A DNA stretch of 64,000 nucleotides from Bugula neritina (lineage: Eukaryota; Animalia; Bryozoa), in assembly GCA_964035545.1 (NCBI GenBank), contig OZ037771.1, forward strand, positions 11,846,480-11,910,479. Direction: 5' to 3'. A program made the position numbers and the translations under genes. A model generated the notes under the pieces. That model was not told the DNA's origin and did not search any database. It saw only the letters and a program-made list of their open reading frames with translations. This document shows positions 29,265-44,303 of the stretch, one piece after another. Numbering within the stretch: position 1 is the stretch's first letter; each line of letters begins with the position of its first letter.

Positions 29265-30638
29265 AGGAAAAAGAGCAATTTAATTAGATGTTACTTTATT
29301 GTGCTACTATTAATTTCATGCCTCCTCAGCACTGCTCAGGCACAATATCGAATTCCGGAGTGCTGAAGAGGCATGAAACGCAAATCTAATATATAATATT
29401 TGCAACTTTAGATAGTTGAAAGAGTAAACTCCAGTCAAAACCCAAAGTCCGAGGAATACAACATGAGGGTTATCAGAAAGTACACAGATGAAAGCCTACA
29501 GATACCTTATCTAGACAACAAAAGGTTTGCATTTCATTTGAAATTATAAAAAATATCACATATACTGTTAGGTAAAACCAGCCATGCCTAATTTAAAGTT
29601 TTGACAAACTTGCTCTTCCTGAAACATTTTATTCATAATGCTTTCATTGTAGCAAAACTTTCTTCTCATCAAAGCTTTTCAAAAAGATAATTTTTAAATT
29701 AACTGCTAAAAGTTAGCCGTTTGACGTGATAATTACATAACTTAGTAGACAGTAAATTCCCCAAGAACTTTGGCTCTTTAGCTATCTTATAACTTGTGGG
29801 AACATTGCTGCAGCTTACGGTTATACTTTACTAATTTAAAGTGACCAAGCTTTACAAAAACACAATTTAAAATGTTTGTTGTATTTTTTGTAGAGTGGAT
29901 AATTTGTATATGAACGTACACAGTAAAATTGGTGGCTTTCTAAGATTTAATCCTACTGCGCCATTTATACAAAATTATGTAAACAACTGCAGTGAAGCTA
30001 AGGGATGGTGGAAAACTTGTGAAAAACGGTAATTTTGATTGGACGTTTTATCAGTTTTCTTGAAATAATAAAAATACAGCATTTAAAATAATTTAATAAA
30101 TTATTGCTTAGCAAAACTGGTATTAAGGCTATGCATATTTAGTTTTCATGAGGCTTAGCTATAAGGCAAAGTATTAAAAGCAACATAGATTCAATTGAGT
30201 ACAGTTGTATCAATATTTTGCTATAAGTTATATATTAATATAATTATTTCATTAACTAATGCGTTTACACAAACGCTTATCAACTTTATTCTTTTATAAT
30301 TATTGCGAAAAAATATCACAGCTAGTTTTTATAGATTTTCATGTACTTTAAAAACTGAGCAAATATATTAACAGAATTGCTATTGTAGGACTTTGCTCAC
30401 CTAATTCCCATTTGATAAAACATACTATCTTGCTGCCATAAAAACTGTGGCTTTGATGATACTTATCAGAGTAAAGTAGTTAGCTTTCTGGTGTTCAGAT
30501 TAAAGTAACTAAAGGTACTGTAATAATATTTCATTATAGAATGCATCCATCATGATGGATGCATATGGTACAGATGATTCGGAGGCTTCATTAACCTACC
30601 AAATGGATGTTGTCATGCTTTTAGGTAGAAAAAATTAA
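28159..30638 (+). pseudogene. Methyltransferase copy C (probably disabled)
   Basis: Exons 28159-28275, 28590-28765, 28950-29166, 29412-29524, 29894-30028 and 30540-30638. Motif AVDAGCGPG is intact. The intron-2 donor reads ATGGGT (28766) and an 11-nt insertion frameshifts exon 6. HWF becomes HLF and PGG becomes LGG. Confidence 0.82.
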
Positions 30639-31267
30639 AACAGTCTCAATTTCTGCATTTATAATATGTTTTATATGTGTTATATGTTATGCATCTATGC
30701 AACTATAAAATATCAGAGTTTATGTAATTCACAGCTGTATTTGAGAAACTCTAAACTTGTTCAAAATTTTTATGGTGTGGTTTTTGTTTAAATAGTAGCA
30801 AATAACAACTTAAACTACATGGTCCTTTTCAGTCAACTTTTATAAACAGACCATTGCTTTATATATTTTAATCTATTAAAGCATTTCTTCTAGCTGGTTA
30901 TTCTGCACATGCAGTTTGCATGTATAAATCACTGAATTAAAGACATATACGGCCTATAAATTAAGTATCAATTATTATCGTACCTAAATTTTTAGAATGA
31001 CTAATAAGTATAACACTGTGTCCTTTATGTTGATAGCTCGAAAACACATGGTTTATCAATTCTTCTTCTTGTGGAGTCATTGCCAAACTATTTGATCAAT
31101 ATTTTATAAAAGACAATAATATTAATATTCCTAATTTACATTTAAAATCACAAAATATAACAAACGTTTTATGTTAAATGTGATAGCATAATATATTTTG
31201 TTATACTAAAGGACATAGCTTATTACCATGCTGAGTTGGTGAATGCATGAAATTTACAAGTGAAATT

Positions 31268-31371
<104 letters not shown>

Positions 31372-34300
31372 AAATAAATTATCATTTTCATTGCACGATA
31401 TGAGCATACTTGGTAATAGAATAATAAAATACCTTTTTTGCAGCATAGTGTCAAAACCTAATTAGTTAGTATTTAAATTATCACAATAAATCAATTATCT
31501 AAAAATAAAATTGTGACAAAAGTATAAAATATGACAAAAGTATAAAATTATATCACCATAAATAAATGCAGAGCATTATTCTATAAGATCTATTTACATA
31601 ATTCAACCACTAAGCAGTAAGTAATTCAAATGCTTAGAATAGTGAAAAAAGCAAAATTTAACGGGTAGTGTGAGTCATGGTTGGTGGCTTCGCAACAATT
31701 TTCTATTCAATGTGGTTTGACTGATTGGGCAATTTTTACCAGCATAATGTATACTAGTATTTAGCATAATATATTTCTAACATTAGAAAATGAAAATAGC
31801 TAAACGTAGAACATCTTTCTTCAATTGAGTACTATAGAAGTGAGTTAGCAAAGTAATGAAAGATATTGATATGTTTTTAACTTTTATACATCATCTTCTG
31901 TAGTGCAGGCTTGGACACATCTACAACACATCCTGTTACTTTGGTGTTGAAAAATTTACTCCTTATTAGAAAAATCAGCACTGAGATGCAACACTATTTT
32001 AGCAGCAAATATATAAGTTTTTTTAAAGAAATTATAGTACAATTATATAGTAGTTTAAATAACAAGATTTATATTTGCAGTATCTAATTACTACCTTTGC
32101 TAAAAGGTTTATTTCGAAAGGCTATTTCAGTTTCATACTATTGTCACTGATTTAAGTTCTTGTTTTTTTCAAGGCATTTTTATGTTGAAAAGGCTTTAGA
32201 AATTGCTCAAAAGGTACAATATGCAGTAGAACAATAAGAGCTTGATATTCAATTTCTGACTTATGTACTTATAAATCAACTTATTATAATTGGCATAGCA
32301 GGTAATTAAGCTATCATAAATTTTGTTATAGCTCACAGTCAATGAAAAAATATAGTGCACATGTAATAGTTGCAGTTAAATAATAAAGAAAACTATCAAT
32401 CATTTGTCAAAACTTAATGTCTTCCTATTTTATTTTTTTCTGCTGTTGCTTGATCATAAATCAATTTTTGGAACTGCAGCAAATGTCAAATATTTTAAGA
32501 GCAGTATTTGCACGGTAACTTAGATTTTTGAATGTCGGAGCACTTTCCGCAATTAGGTACAACTTTCAATGAGCAGTTTGCTTTCTACCCCTTGCCGGCC
32601 TGGTTTGTCCTGATAATATTGGTTAACCAGGATTAGTTTTTGAGAATCTCATACATTGTTATTTTGTACTAAATGTTGTTTAAGGATTATCCGGTGTTAC
32701 GCAATAATTATGATGGGCATTTTTGCATTTTTTCATAAAAAAACTTTTAAAAGTTTTAAATGTTCTTATATTGCATTATAACTTCTTCTTTTAAAGCTGG
32801 CAGATCAAAAGCTAATGTTTTAGGCCTATATACTGTTACTCACTCTTCTTCTAAGAATCAGTGGACTAACATGTTAAATGCTCACTAAAACACATTCACA
32901 TATATAATTCTCCAAAATGAATTGTCAATCTTTTGAAAGTGTACATGTTTCAGGCATCTATTTGAAATGAAAAGGTTTTTTTTAATGACATTTTAATGAC
33001 ATCGGTAGTTTGAGATTTTGCAATGGACAGTGTTTTGGTAGATAATACTAGTTTTTAGATTAATGCTGCATGAGCAGGAGCATAAAACTATATGTGTATT
33101 TTATCAATTGAATCTAGTCATGTTTTAGGTATAATATTTACAATAAAAAAAATCATATTGCAATACTGGCACAAGTACTACATATACCTGGATACTGAAG
33201 AAATGTTGAACACGTTACAGTTGATGATGCCTGGGAGGATTATAATGCAAAAAAAGTCAATGGTTCAACTGAATTCATATTAGGTGATGAAAGTGAAAAT
33301 CCAAACATGAAAAACTAATTGGCTTGCTGAAAGATTTGAATGAAGAATTGAGTAACTGGTTATAGTAAAGAAGAACAACAGTGTATAATGTCTTAGTGAA
33401 ACTTTTGAAATATTTGAAATAATGGTAACTTGTGCTGTTGTGGCGAATAAATAGGATTTGGTGATAAATATTGAGGTGAAAAAGCAAATAGAGCTGGCAT
33501 TGGAATTAGAACATAGAGTTGAAGAAGAGGTGGAGCAAGAAATATGCTGGATGATATCATAGCTGGAGAAGGAGACATGGTATATGACTTTTAAAATTGT
33601 TGACTTAAAATCTAAACAAAGAAACAAGCAAGAAGTATTGTACTTCATATTGGTACAGCAACAGTTTTCCACAGTTATAATAGCTATTGAATATATAACT
33701 ATATTTTGCGGAAGGCAGCACTGAACTCAATAGCAAAGACTGAAACGTTTTCACACGGCCTTGACTATAAATACAACCGCAAGCAACTACTTAACTATAC
33801 AATAATCTAAATTGAGTTTAAATGCAATTGATAACTAAGTGATTGACTCTGGATACAGTCAACCACTGCCTTAAGTTTCTAATGGGATGGATTTTGGATG
33901 TTGCCTTTTATTTGTTATATTTTGCTTTGGCATAAATTATTGTTTTCTTTTTTGGTGCCATTTTTTTTGTGCACTGTAGATCGATTTTTTACCGAAGTTA
34001 AGCATTTCGAAAATTTGAGTGTCCGAAGTAGAGCTCCAAATTTTCGATTTAGCGATTTTTGGCCAAAGATTGGTAAAATATTTTGAAAGTCGGACGAACG
34101 TCCAATTTCCAGAGTATATAAAGAGAAGAGTGTCCAGTGTAGACTCAGTTTACAACTGCGGAGCTCGCAGAAGAGGAACCTACACAGTTGGTTTAAGGTC
34201 ATACTTTTCATTTTCTGGCTCTTTGCCAGGTGCTTTACGTTCTATATGAACAATGTTCCACTGATAGCTCGAACAGGTTGAATGTCACAGGAACAAAAAA

Positions 34301-35770
34301 AATATGAAAAGATAAAGAAACTTATGTTCTCCAATATACTTTTTTATTTTTTTCAAAAGCCAATTCATGTTTAAGTTATAGCTTGTTGAAAAACATTGTC
34401 CCCCTTCCACATTCTTTTCAATTTATACGCTCCTGACTTGTTATTGTGTCTCAATATGCCTTGTATTTGAGTGCTTGTTAGTCTCGCTTCACTAACTTTG
34501 CCTTTACTTCACAAGTGCCAGTGCTGCTGGCTCAAAAGCTAAATTTTATAAACTGTCAGCTAAAACCCAATCTTGCATTCCTAGGTTGGTTGGCCTAAAT
34601 AAAACAATAGTCAAATCATGATTTCATGTTTTAAAAATTTACTCTATTCTAACCTGCTGCCTAGCTAGTTCTATTTTTGATGTATAATTACAAAATTTGT
34701 GATACATTTTTTTGGCAACCATGTGATTTATAAAATGCAGTAATGGTACTTATAATATTATATTATTATCATTATAATATATTATATAGTATTATGTGTG
34801 TTTTTATTATACTGCATAATATCTATTTTGTTACTGTTGTTGTGCAAACAAGTGCAATTAACCTAGTTTTCAAAATGTACCTCTAAATTATCAGAATGTC
34901 AGTTTAGATATTTTCATGCTTTGTAAGGTAAACCTAAAAAAAGAGGCTGTATTCCCAAAGTAAAGGGTGTTGAACTATGAACTATATTAGATTAGCCACT
35001 CTGCTACCAAGTGCATCAGTATAATATTATATGAATAGCTCTGATGCTTTGTCTCCGGTGGCTGGCTGCGATATGATAACTTGGCCAACTTCCAAGAGTT
35101 TAAAATTGGCGCAATTATTCAAGAGGTTACATACTGCACAGAGCTAGCAGTGATAGTAACCTTGCTATTGGCAGTACTTATTACAACTGCCAGCATATAA
35201 GCTGCATTGTAGAATGCCGTTGGGGTAGGCTAGTAAAACCAAATTCTGCTCTCTAATATACCTTAGACACAATGCAGCAACATAATTGTTCATTTCAAAT
35301 TACATTGCCACCCTTACATGAGCTGTGGGCTTCATAAAGATTCATATGATTAGAGATTTATGCTATAGGCTAGCTATGATGAAAATAACACACCATTGTC
35401 AAAGTTAACTTCAAGTATGTTGTTTTCCAGAAACTCAGTAATGTCCATTTATCTCTCGCATACAAATACTTATGTAATAGCATACAGTTTAAGTTTTATT
35501 TTAGAGCACATCTGCAAACTCTACAATAAGAGCTTGCTTTACCAGTCTATTTCAGACCTGTTTTTGTAGCTAGTAATACGCAAGCTACTTATTTTTAAAC
35601 TTTTGGGTTATTTGTTCAAAACCATTAGCTTTGCTAGTAACCCGAGACTATTGCAACAGTTGACCGCTATCAACATGAATTGACAGCCTAATAATTATAA
35701 CCCATTTGCGCGCGAAATATTTATGTAATGATAGTCACTCATATAGTGCGCATCTCATTAACGATGATTG

Positions 35771-35830
35771 CGTGGTCCAGAGGTTAGTGGCGTCAGCGAC
35801 GAGTTGGTTGGTCATGGTTCAACCCTGTTT
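35771..35830 (+). repeat. tRNA-like head (A and B boxes) of a repeat, not a tRNA gene
   Basis: TGGTCCAGAGG ... GGTTCAACCC at Pol III spacing; no convincing cloverleaf. Confidence 0.4.
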
Positions 35831-36879
35831 TGTTGCATTTTTTTTTTTAACTTATGCAAATCCTACGCATGTATAATAAATATGGCTATAATTGTAAAGT
35901 TTTTTTTTAACTTTTGTTCAACAGTAAGACAACATACATGCATAATAATTAGATACTGAACACTGGACTAAACCTTAAATTGATCTTATAGAATACAATG
36001 TACTTAAAATAATCATGTGAATTAGAGAAACTGAAAGTACACCTGCTGTGCTATAGACAGACCTTTACTGACAAGACTGCAAAGTGAAGTGATTTAGCTG
36101 AAATTAACTCTGCCAAACAAACAAAGAATTATGTTGTGCTGAGGCATTTTCAATATATTATTGTAACATAGTGAGATGATTCAGCTAAGCGCTAATGTAA
36201 AACAGGGAACATTATATTGGCAGAAATCCAATAGATTGCCAATTTGTGCGAGAGGGTACTATATGTTATTGTGATAGCGCAGAGCGGCAAACGTACAAGG
36301 AATGCTATAATTAGTCACAGGAGCGTAGCTAGAACCACCATATGAAGAATTTAGAAAATTGCAGTGAAACTTGCAAAATGGTGTATGTTTTTACCAAATT
36401 GTGAAGAGCATAAACAAAATTTCAAGAAACAAAGAAAGTATATTAGAGAAAACATATCAAGGAATGTCAAGTTTAACTTTTAGACTTTATAAAATGAATC
36501 CCCTGTGCTACAGCAGTGGAACATGGAGGGTGTAAAATTTTACTTATTATGCACCAACTTTTTCAGAAAATTTTTTGTTGAAAAATTAAAAAAGTATATG
36601 AAAGAGGAATGCAAGAGCTATCTTTTCATGTAAAATTTGTTAATGTGAGACAAAAACTGTTCGAGCTATCCCCTGGAAACCGTTTATATATAACATAAAG
36701 CAGTGCCTGAATCTGGAAAGTAATGACCTTAAACCAACTGTGTACTATAAAAATTGTTACCTTTACTATTTAACAAAAATGTATTTATATATCTGGACAA
36801 AGAAAGTCTCTGTTTTTCTAATCAATCACAAAGATTAATGTTCTCCACTTAGTTACTTTCAAATTTACCAATTTATTTG

Positions 36880-39800
36880 TGGCAGCAGAAAAATCTGGAA
36901 AATATTAAGTGGCTTTGAAAAGAGAGGCAAGGAGGCCGATGCAGAGAGGCAAGTTCGGAAGAAGAATGATGTCCTCACCATGGAGACGTTGATCAGGGCC
37001 CTCCAAAAATTTTGAGGGACTGGGCAAGAATTATTACCTCAAGTCCCTGATTTTAGGAGAGAATAGAGAAGTCAAACATTTTATTCGAGAGTTCAAGGAT
37101 GTACCTACTACTGCCAAATAGCCAGCACCGGTGAGGCTCGTCCAACTCCAGACCTGTTTATCAGATCGAGCCAGGTGCTATGACTCGGTTCTCGATGCGG
37201 GTCATATCTTTCCGGTTTTCAGGATCTGTATTGGTTCGACCGCTCAGAATGCCAAAGACAAGCAAGACGACTCTCCAGGACTATGCCAACCAGGTAGAGA
37301 AGTTGGCACAGATTGCCTGCAGTCGGACAGACTAGAAAGAGGGCCAGATTTTTTTCAGAGCACTGAACAATGAGGGGCTACAGTTCTACCTTCTGGCAGC
37401 TAAGGTAGACACCATTGAGGTAGCTGTAGAGATGGCAAGAGCCTACTGCCAGGTGGAGAAACCCAAGGAGCAGACTTCACTGCTAATTAGGTTAAAGAAG
37501 ACAAACAGGAAACAACTCAGCCCGCCCCGCCAGTGCTTCAAATCGTGGCCGCTACCACAGCTTTGCCAGCTCCTACACAGTTTACCATGCTGATGGACAT
37601 GGTGAAGGGTCTGCTGATGGAAGTGAAAAGAATGCAGCAGATTCAGGCTGATAAGTGGACTCCTAGATCAGGGGATGACCTTGTCAGGCCTCCATCCTTA
37701 ACCTGTTGGAGTGTAGGTCAGTTGGACACATGCAGCCATACTGCCCATGGAGAAGGAGAGTGCATCTAAACACCCAAGGCCTGCAAAACTTTCTGCCAAC
37801 CGTAGGTTTGGAGGGAGATCCAGATGACGCCCAGGAGGACACCAACGGAGCCTGATGACACTGAATGGCAGGTACTGCGAAGACCTCTGAGGTCACAAGG
37901 TTCACCCGAACCTCCTGCTTGGCTACTCAGCAACCGGTTTGTGGGGTCACCCGGCAAAGTTGTAGAGAAAAAATCAGCTTACTTGCAAAAGTTTCTCAAG
38001 CTACTCACCATGCTTCAGAAAACCCCAATGTTTTAACCACAAAGAGGGAGCCCTCCATGAAGACTCAAAAAATGTCTCCCTCAGATACTGATCGCTTCAA
38101 GAGCACTCATTCATACAGAAGCAGCTACTTCCTTTGCGGAAACGTTGTAGATAATGCTGTCACTTTCCTACTGGACACATGATGCACTACAAACCTGCTG
38201 AGTCAACGCTTCTTCGACACTCTCCGTACTTGAGGAAAAGCGAGCCTCGAGCCGTATAACAGTGTGTATGGTACATTGGTGGACGAATCATGCATGCATT
38301 AGTTTCTATCGCACTATTGCACTACCTGGGAAGGTTCATGATCAGGTGAGTCACGAGACTTTCATTGTCAGCTATCTAAAGAAAGACGCTGTTTTGGGTA
38401 TGCCATTTCTGGAGCAACACCAGTGTCACATGAATTTCCAGAAGTTGGCAGTGGTGATAGCTAGAAAAGAACTTGTCTGTGTCAACAAACCTGGTAGGTC
38501 CTAGGTGGGCAGATTATAAGTTTCACAGGACTGCATGGTACCAGGACAATCCTAGGCCACCTTATGCTGCATAGTCAACTACAGAAAGATAACCTAATTG
38601 GGAGTGGTAGCAGGAATGCACAAAAAGATCCAACTAGCATACAGCCTGAATTAGCTAGACTGTCAGGTAGAGCTTTTCGTGCAGTGCATGAACCCTTTCA
38701 CGTAGCATGTCAAGCTGTCGGCGGGTGCATTGGTAGAAAAGTACCACTCCATCCAAAAAAGAGGATTTGGGACCGGCACTGGAGACGATGGCCGGGGCTC
38801 GGGAATATTCCTCGGACCAGACGAGGAGCCGTTCTGAAACATGTGGCTGACTTGTATGAAGGAGTCTGTAGAAGTTATAGGAGTATTTTGGAGCGCCAGG
38901 ATCTGCTTCAACTACTTCTGACATACCACAAGAGAGTTAAGAGTATTCTCACTAAGAATACCATATATTTTACTTACAACCTACTTTAGGTTCTTGCTCT
39001 GTTATTCCTTTGTGAGTGGAATTCGTGTTGCCTACTTGTGATTGTTTAGCCCGAGATTACACTGTTACCAATAAGCAGCTTCCTAGGTCAGGGCAGCATC
39101 ATCTATCAACATTCCATTATGGCTACTTCATACACAAAGTACACGTAAAGCTATTCACTAACTTGTCAGCTAGCCGTCTGTAATTAGTATTCTGTGCATC
39201 AGTGTCTTCTCATCTCTACGTGTTCACTGCAGTGCGAAGTGCTACATATTGGTGATTACAAAGGAAAAAATATCGCATTTTCAGTGTATAAATTACTAAT
39301 TTATAAAAATCTATATAAACTATTGAAAAGATAAAAAAACTTTGCTCTGTAGAAAATTGTCATGATTCCGACAGTGTTTGTTTCCTTTGAATACCATGCT
39401 ATCCTGTTGAGACATTTGGTTGGGATTGAAAAATCAACTTTTCAGACAAAATTGACCCAAAGTGGGAAAATTTTTGTCTACAACTTTGCAAAACAGATCA
39501 ATATCAAAAATTACAAAAAAGCTGCTTCGAAGAACAGGAAGATCTATGACATGGTTTTTTTTAATTTTGATTCTAGCGCAATTAGGTGAGGTTTTATTTG
39601 GCGGGACTGAATTCTTATATAATAATAATGTGGCCTCAGCAAGGCAGTCACAGCTAAAATGTTGCCCTTATCTATCCTGTGACAGTGATGTATTCACATA
39701 AGGTTGACTGAAGTTGTCTGCCCAAAGACAATCTTGGCAGCCGGTATCGTCATCATCAGGTAGTCTATTCGAGGACTGGGCCTGGAGAAGGCGGAGGAAG

Positions 39801-41490
39801 TGAGCCGGCAGGTGCAAGACCTTCTTGACCAGAACCTGAATAAGCTAGCCAACTGTGCGTGGAGCTCACCAGTAGTTCTGGTCAGGAAAAATAAAAGCAG
39901 TTGAGGGTTCTGCATGGGCCACCGCAAACTATACAGTAGCCTATCTCGATCTGGTGAAGGAGTATAGCTTGGATACCAAAGCCAGCAAACACAACGAGGG
40001 AGCAGTGTTGTCATAAGTTAAAAATAATCGGAAGGTAGTAGTAGCTGACGACAGCAAAGCTCTGCCAGCCAGCGGAAAAAATTACAGCATCACCAGGAAA
40101 AAATTCCTGGCAAGGATTAAAGTGGTTAAGCACTTTAAAATTTGTATTGAAAAGCGTTCAGATTGCAAACTGACTATGCATTTATGCTAGGACTGTGAAA
40201 ATTGGCTTAAGACTTCAGTCAAATCGTCAGTTGGCTAAAGATCCTGGCTAAGTTCTTTTGCGGAATTGAGCATCGAGGCTGTAAGAAGTAGGCAAATGCA
40301 TATGAATTGACTCAACATTCTGTGAAAGATTGTAAGCAAAGTTAGAATATTAAGAGGCGATACGGGAAACCTTCTTGCCAGGAAGCGCAGCTGGAAAAAA
40401 CAAGCTCCCATAGCTGGGAACAAAACTAGTTATGCACTGATGCCTATCTGAAGCCATAAATACCCTTCGTGCTGACCCCACTCTCTCAAAAAATGTCATG
40501 GAGCTGTGCTAACTGCAAAATAAACTGCCTGACGTGGTGGCCAAGATCTTTTGAGCCAAAAAGGCCGGGTAACAGCCAAGCGAGGATGAGCAATGGCAGA
40601 AATGCATCGATTTTCAACGGTTCTGCTACCGTGTGATTCCCTTGAGCGCAACAATTACTGGTTGCTAACCATCATGTTAGCTGTCAGCAAAGAACCGCAG
40701 TCTGCCCACTCGCCCTTTGAGAAACCTAATTTAGAATACCTACAAAAAGGCTCATGCCGGAGCTAGCTGGGTTACTAGGTGCCTTCAGTTTCTATGGTAT
40801 TGGCCTATCTTGACCCAGGATGTGCGATTGCAGGTGCGGCAGTGTGAAATTTGCTAGACTAATAAGTATGTCCGCCTCAACCGAGACTACAGAATGCTGC
40901 CGGCTCCACGCTGTCTGCCTGTGGCATTTGATGGCTGTGACTTGGTTGGTCTTATGTACTGAGTATTGGTGCTCATGTACCACTTTCTCCGGTGAGCCGA
41001 GGCTTCGGCTATTCCAGACATGTCAGTCGCCACTGTAGCCTGGGCCCTGAACCAACAAGTATTGTGCTACCTGGAGATACCAGAGCTACACAAAACAAAC
41101 CTGAGAGGTAAATCGAAGTTGGACCACCACCTACTATTTTTGAGGGAACGGTGTGGTTGAGTGGAACAACAAGATGTTAGGCTACACTCTGAAAAGCCGA
41201 TTCTTGGGCCGAAGTCAAGAAGAATGGGAGGTGGTACTGCTCCAGATTATGCTGGTCTACCGCAGCACTCTACATTCCAGCACCCATGAGACCCTCAACT
41301 ACCTCTATCTCATGTTTGACTCGGCCACCTCACGTACCATGTCTCCTATGTCATAGCGTCTAGTACATAAGTAAATGACAGAACTAGGAGGGTGGATGAG
41401 GTCGGCTTATGAGACTCTGCAAGGCCAGCAGTGGCAGATAAAACAAGAAAAATTAGATTAGCCCCTACTCTATCAGGTCTGAGACTGGGT
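36880..41490 (+). mobile_element. Decayed Ty3/Gypsy LTR-retrotransposon internal region (gag, protease, RT fragment, RNase H, integrase)
   Basis: GC-richer block. Frameshifted CCHC knuckle CWxC..GHMQPYCP (about 37704-37747) and protease FLLDT*CTTNLL (about 38165-38200). RT start EVSRQVQDLL..WSSPVVLVRK (39795-39930), RNase H NYSITRKKFLA..VKHFK (about 40080-40140) and integrase VEWNNKML..W..VLLQIMLVYRST.HSST (41153-41300). Interrupted by unrelated AT-rich DNA at about 38930-39675. No LTRs recognised. Confidence 0.88.
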
Positions 41491-42049
41491 GTTCAGAACA
41501 TTGCATTTACTACAAAAAAAGTTGTTTTGAATAATAATAGAAATCATATTTAACTCATGCAAAATAATTGCTTAAATAAAACTTTTGAACAAACATTGTT
41601 TGCTCTTCACAAATTCAAACTTCTTTACTACTAATCATCACATCATTATATATGAACGACTATTCCACCAGGTTGTTGTAACTCAGTTTACGCATTTCAG
41701 AAGCTCAGCTCACACACTTCAAAGGTAGCTGCATGTCATCATATTTTTAAACTTGGCTTGATAAACTAATCATTGGCAACTTTAAATTTAAAAATAAAAT
41801 TAAATGAAATTATGAAATGTTGAAAGTAGACCTAGGCTGTCAACCATTCATTATAGCTAATGGGTCTCAACTTGTCAACAGTATTGTTTGGTTTTAGGCA
41901 TAGGTACTCTTACCCTCTTCAAAAGAGATATAACAAAATAAAACAAGCAAATCAAACAGGTATACGAAGCAAAATGAAACCTCTGCAGGTTTGGTGCGGA
42001 AGGAAGTACTACAATTTTACTTAGAAGAACTAAACACAAAGAGCCTAAT

Positions 42050-43430
42050 TTTTGCACCAATATTATAAACAAGAGGCTAACATTTTAAATTCTAAAAATT
42101 AATATGCATACAACTGCTTTTCTTCACTTCTAATGGTTTATAGTAGCTATCAACGTCAGAACCCCTCATAGAAAGGGTCGTTTAAAACTTTTAAGGACTT
42201 ATTTGCAATACTTAGCACCGGAGCAGTTATGACTGAATGTTTTTCCAAACATGATCAACTAAAGCTGCTGACTCCTATTGTTTATTAGGTCAGCACTGTA
42301 ATCATGACAGGTTAATCTTAAACAAATTTATAAATTCTTCATTATGTTTTATGATGGAAATGTTTATGTTCCATTTAGCTGAGCTCGATCAGTACACCTG
42401 CACTATACTTTTGCCATAACCCTTTTGACTAGAATGACGTTTTATTTATTACAATGACTGGTGTGCTTAAATCATGGCAAAGTATAATTGTTTCCATAAC
42501 AATATGCACCGTAGCTGAGGCTATTGACCTAGCTTTAGTGTTCACCAGAGCCAACTAAGCAAAGTTTTATTAAAATGGCATTGTGCAATAATGCATGGCG
42601 TTGATTGCAAGTAAGTTTTAATTTCTAAAATGCAGAATGTCACAATATTACTTCGTATCAACTCAGATAATATTATATTTAACTGCAAAATTCTAGGGTA
42701 TTAGTTTAAAAATATAATTTTAATTAACGCCAAATATATTTTGTATTGCATTTTGCTAATGTGTATATTTGAGTTGGCAAACCAGTAAAACCTACAAGTT
42801 TGCTTGCACCATATCGTTACTATTTATAACTGACAGAATAGTTCAAATAATATATAAGTACTATAAACGAGGTCAATAACCTATGACCACATTACTTCAC
42901 CAATCACAATCTAACAAAGCATTTCCAAATTTAAACTGCTACACATACGATAGTAATTAATTTATCCCTTACTACTTCAAATGTTTTTACTACAGTATTA
43001 TTGAGTTATGTTGCAACAGCCTTGGTCTAGTATAGTTAGAGCACTGCCTTAGTAAATACAAGATTGATTAGTAACTTAAATAAAAGCTATTGTTGATGTT
43101 AGGAAGAGCATATTCAGTCATATAATTGCTGTTGTGAAAGTAAGCCCTAGCCCACAATCTTAAAACAACTTTTCTATTAGAGGGTTCCATCGAGAATGTG
43201 ACTATAAAATTAGGCAAATTGGTTTTGTATTAAAATATTAACTAGAGTATATACTTAGCTTTCAGTTGAAAACTTTTAATTTTTATTTGACAAGTTAGTA
43301 GAATGAACGTTGATCTATTGCATTTGTGAGACGATTTATTATAGCAGCGCACGCTCAACGAGCTCTGAGTCGCAAAGTGAATGTGAGAAAGGGTAATGGT
43401 TATTCTGTTTCTATACAGTCGCTTAAATAT
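42050..43430 (-). repeat. Segment X', inverted paralog of 24845-26270
   Basis: See 24845-26270. In addition, 41500-41700 is the reverse complement of 26453-26650. Confidence 0.85.
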
Positions 43431-43448
43431 ATAAATGCATCAGCTATA

Positions 43449-43703
<255 letters not shown>

Positions 43704-44303
43704 AGCGTGCATCATGTGTTTCCAGTTCTCTAATCTGCAGTTACTGACTAGTGTTATTAAATCACTGATGGTTAAAAAATGGTGTTAATGCTAATTTTAC
43801 TCTTGTATAATATACTCTTAAAGTTAATGATTTTAAGTTCCACTCAATCTTTTTGTTAAGCCCTTTCACAATAAGCAGCAAAACAAGTTCTTTAGATTTT
43901 GGTGAAATTGAATATATTATTGTCAACCAATTACAGCGTGTATTGTATTTCAGTACTGAAGCATTATATTGTTTGCATGGCATCATTTTTGATGTATCAA
44001 CTTAAGTACATATAAATGTCATGTTGCATAAGGTATAATCTTAAACAAAACTTTAAATATACAACCTGTTAGACAACAACAAAATATTAAAACCAGAAGT
44101 TGATTTTTGCAAATTTTGCTTCCAAATTAGAATATGATGTAAATTAACACTTTTGAAGATTAAAAACCTGTCAATGGTAATTTTTAAGAAATGCCATTAG
44201 TTTGTGTTACAAAGCAATATATAGTTGAAGTTTACAAAATACATTTCTATGTTAACCAGCAACATGATGCAATCAAAAAACTTTTAATTCCATATGCACC
44301 ATT

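Noticed and set aside
33260-33680. Purine-rich coiled-coil-like relic and the antisense 130-aa ORF
   Set aside because: The plus frames have many stops; the minus ORF is probably a shadow of decayed TE coding sequence that I cannot classify.
35771-35830. Candidate tRNA gene
   Set aside because: A and B boxes only, with no acceptor or anticodon stems; treated as a repeat head.
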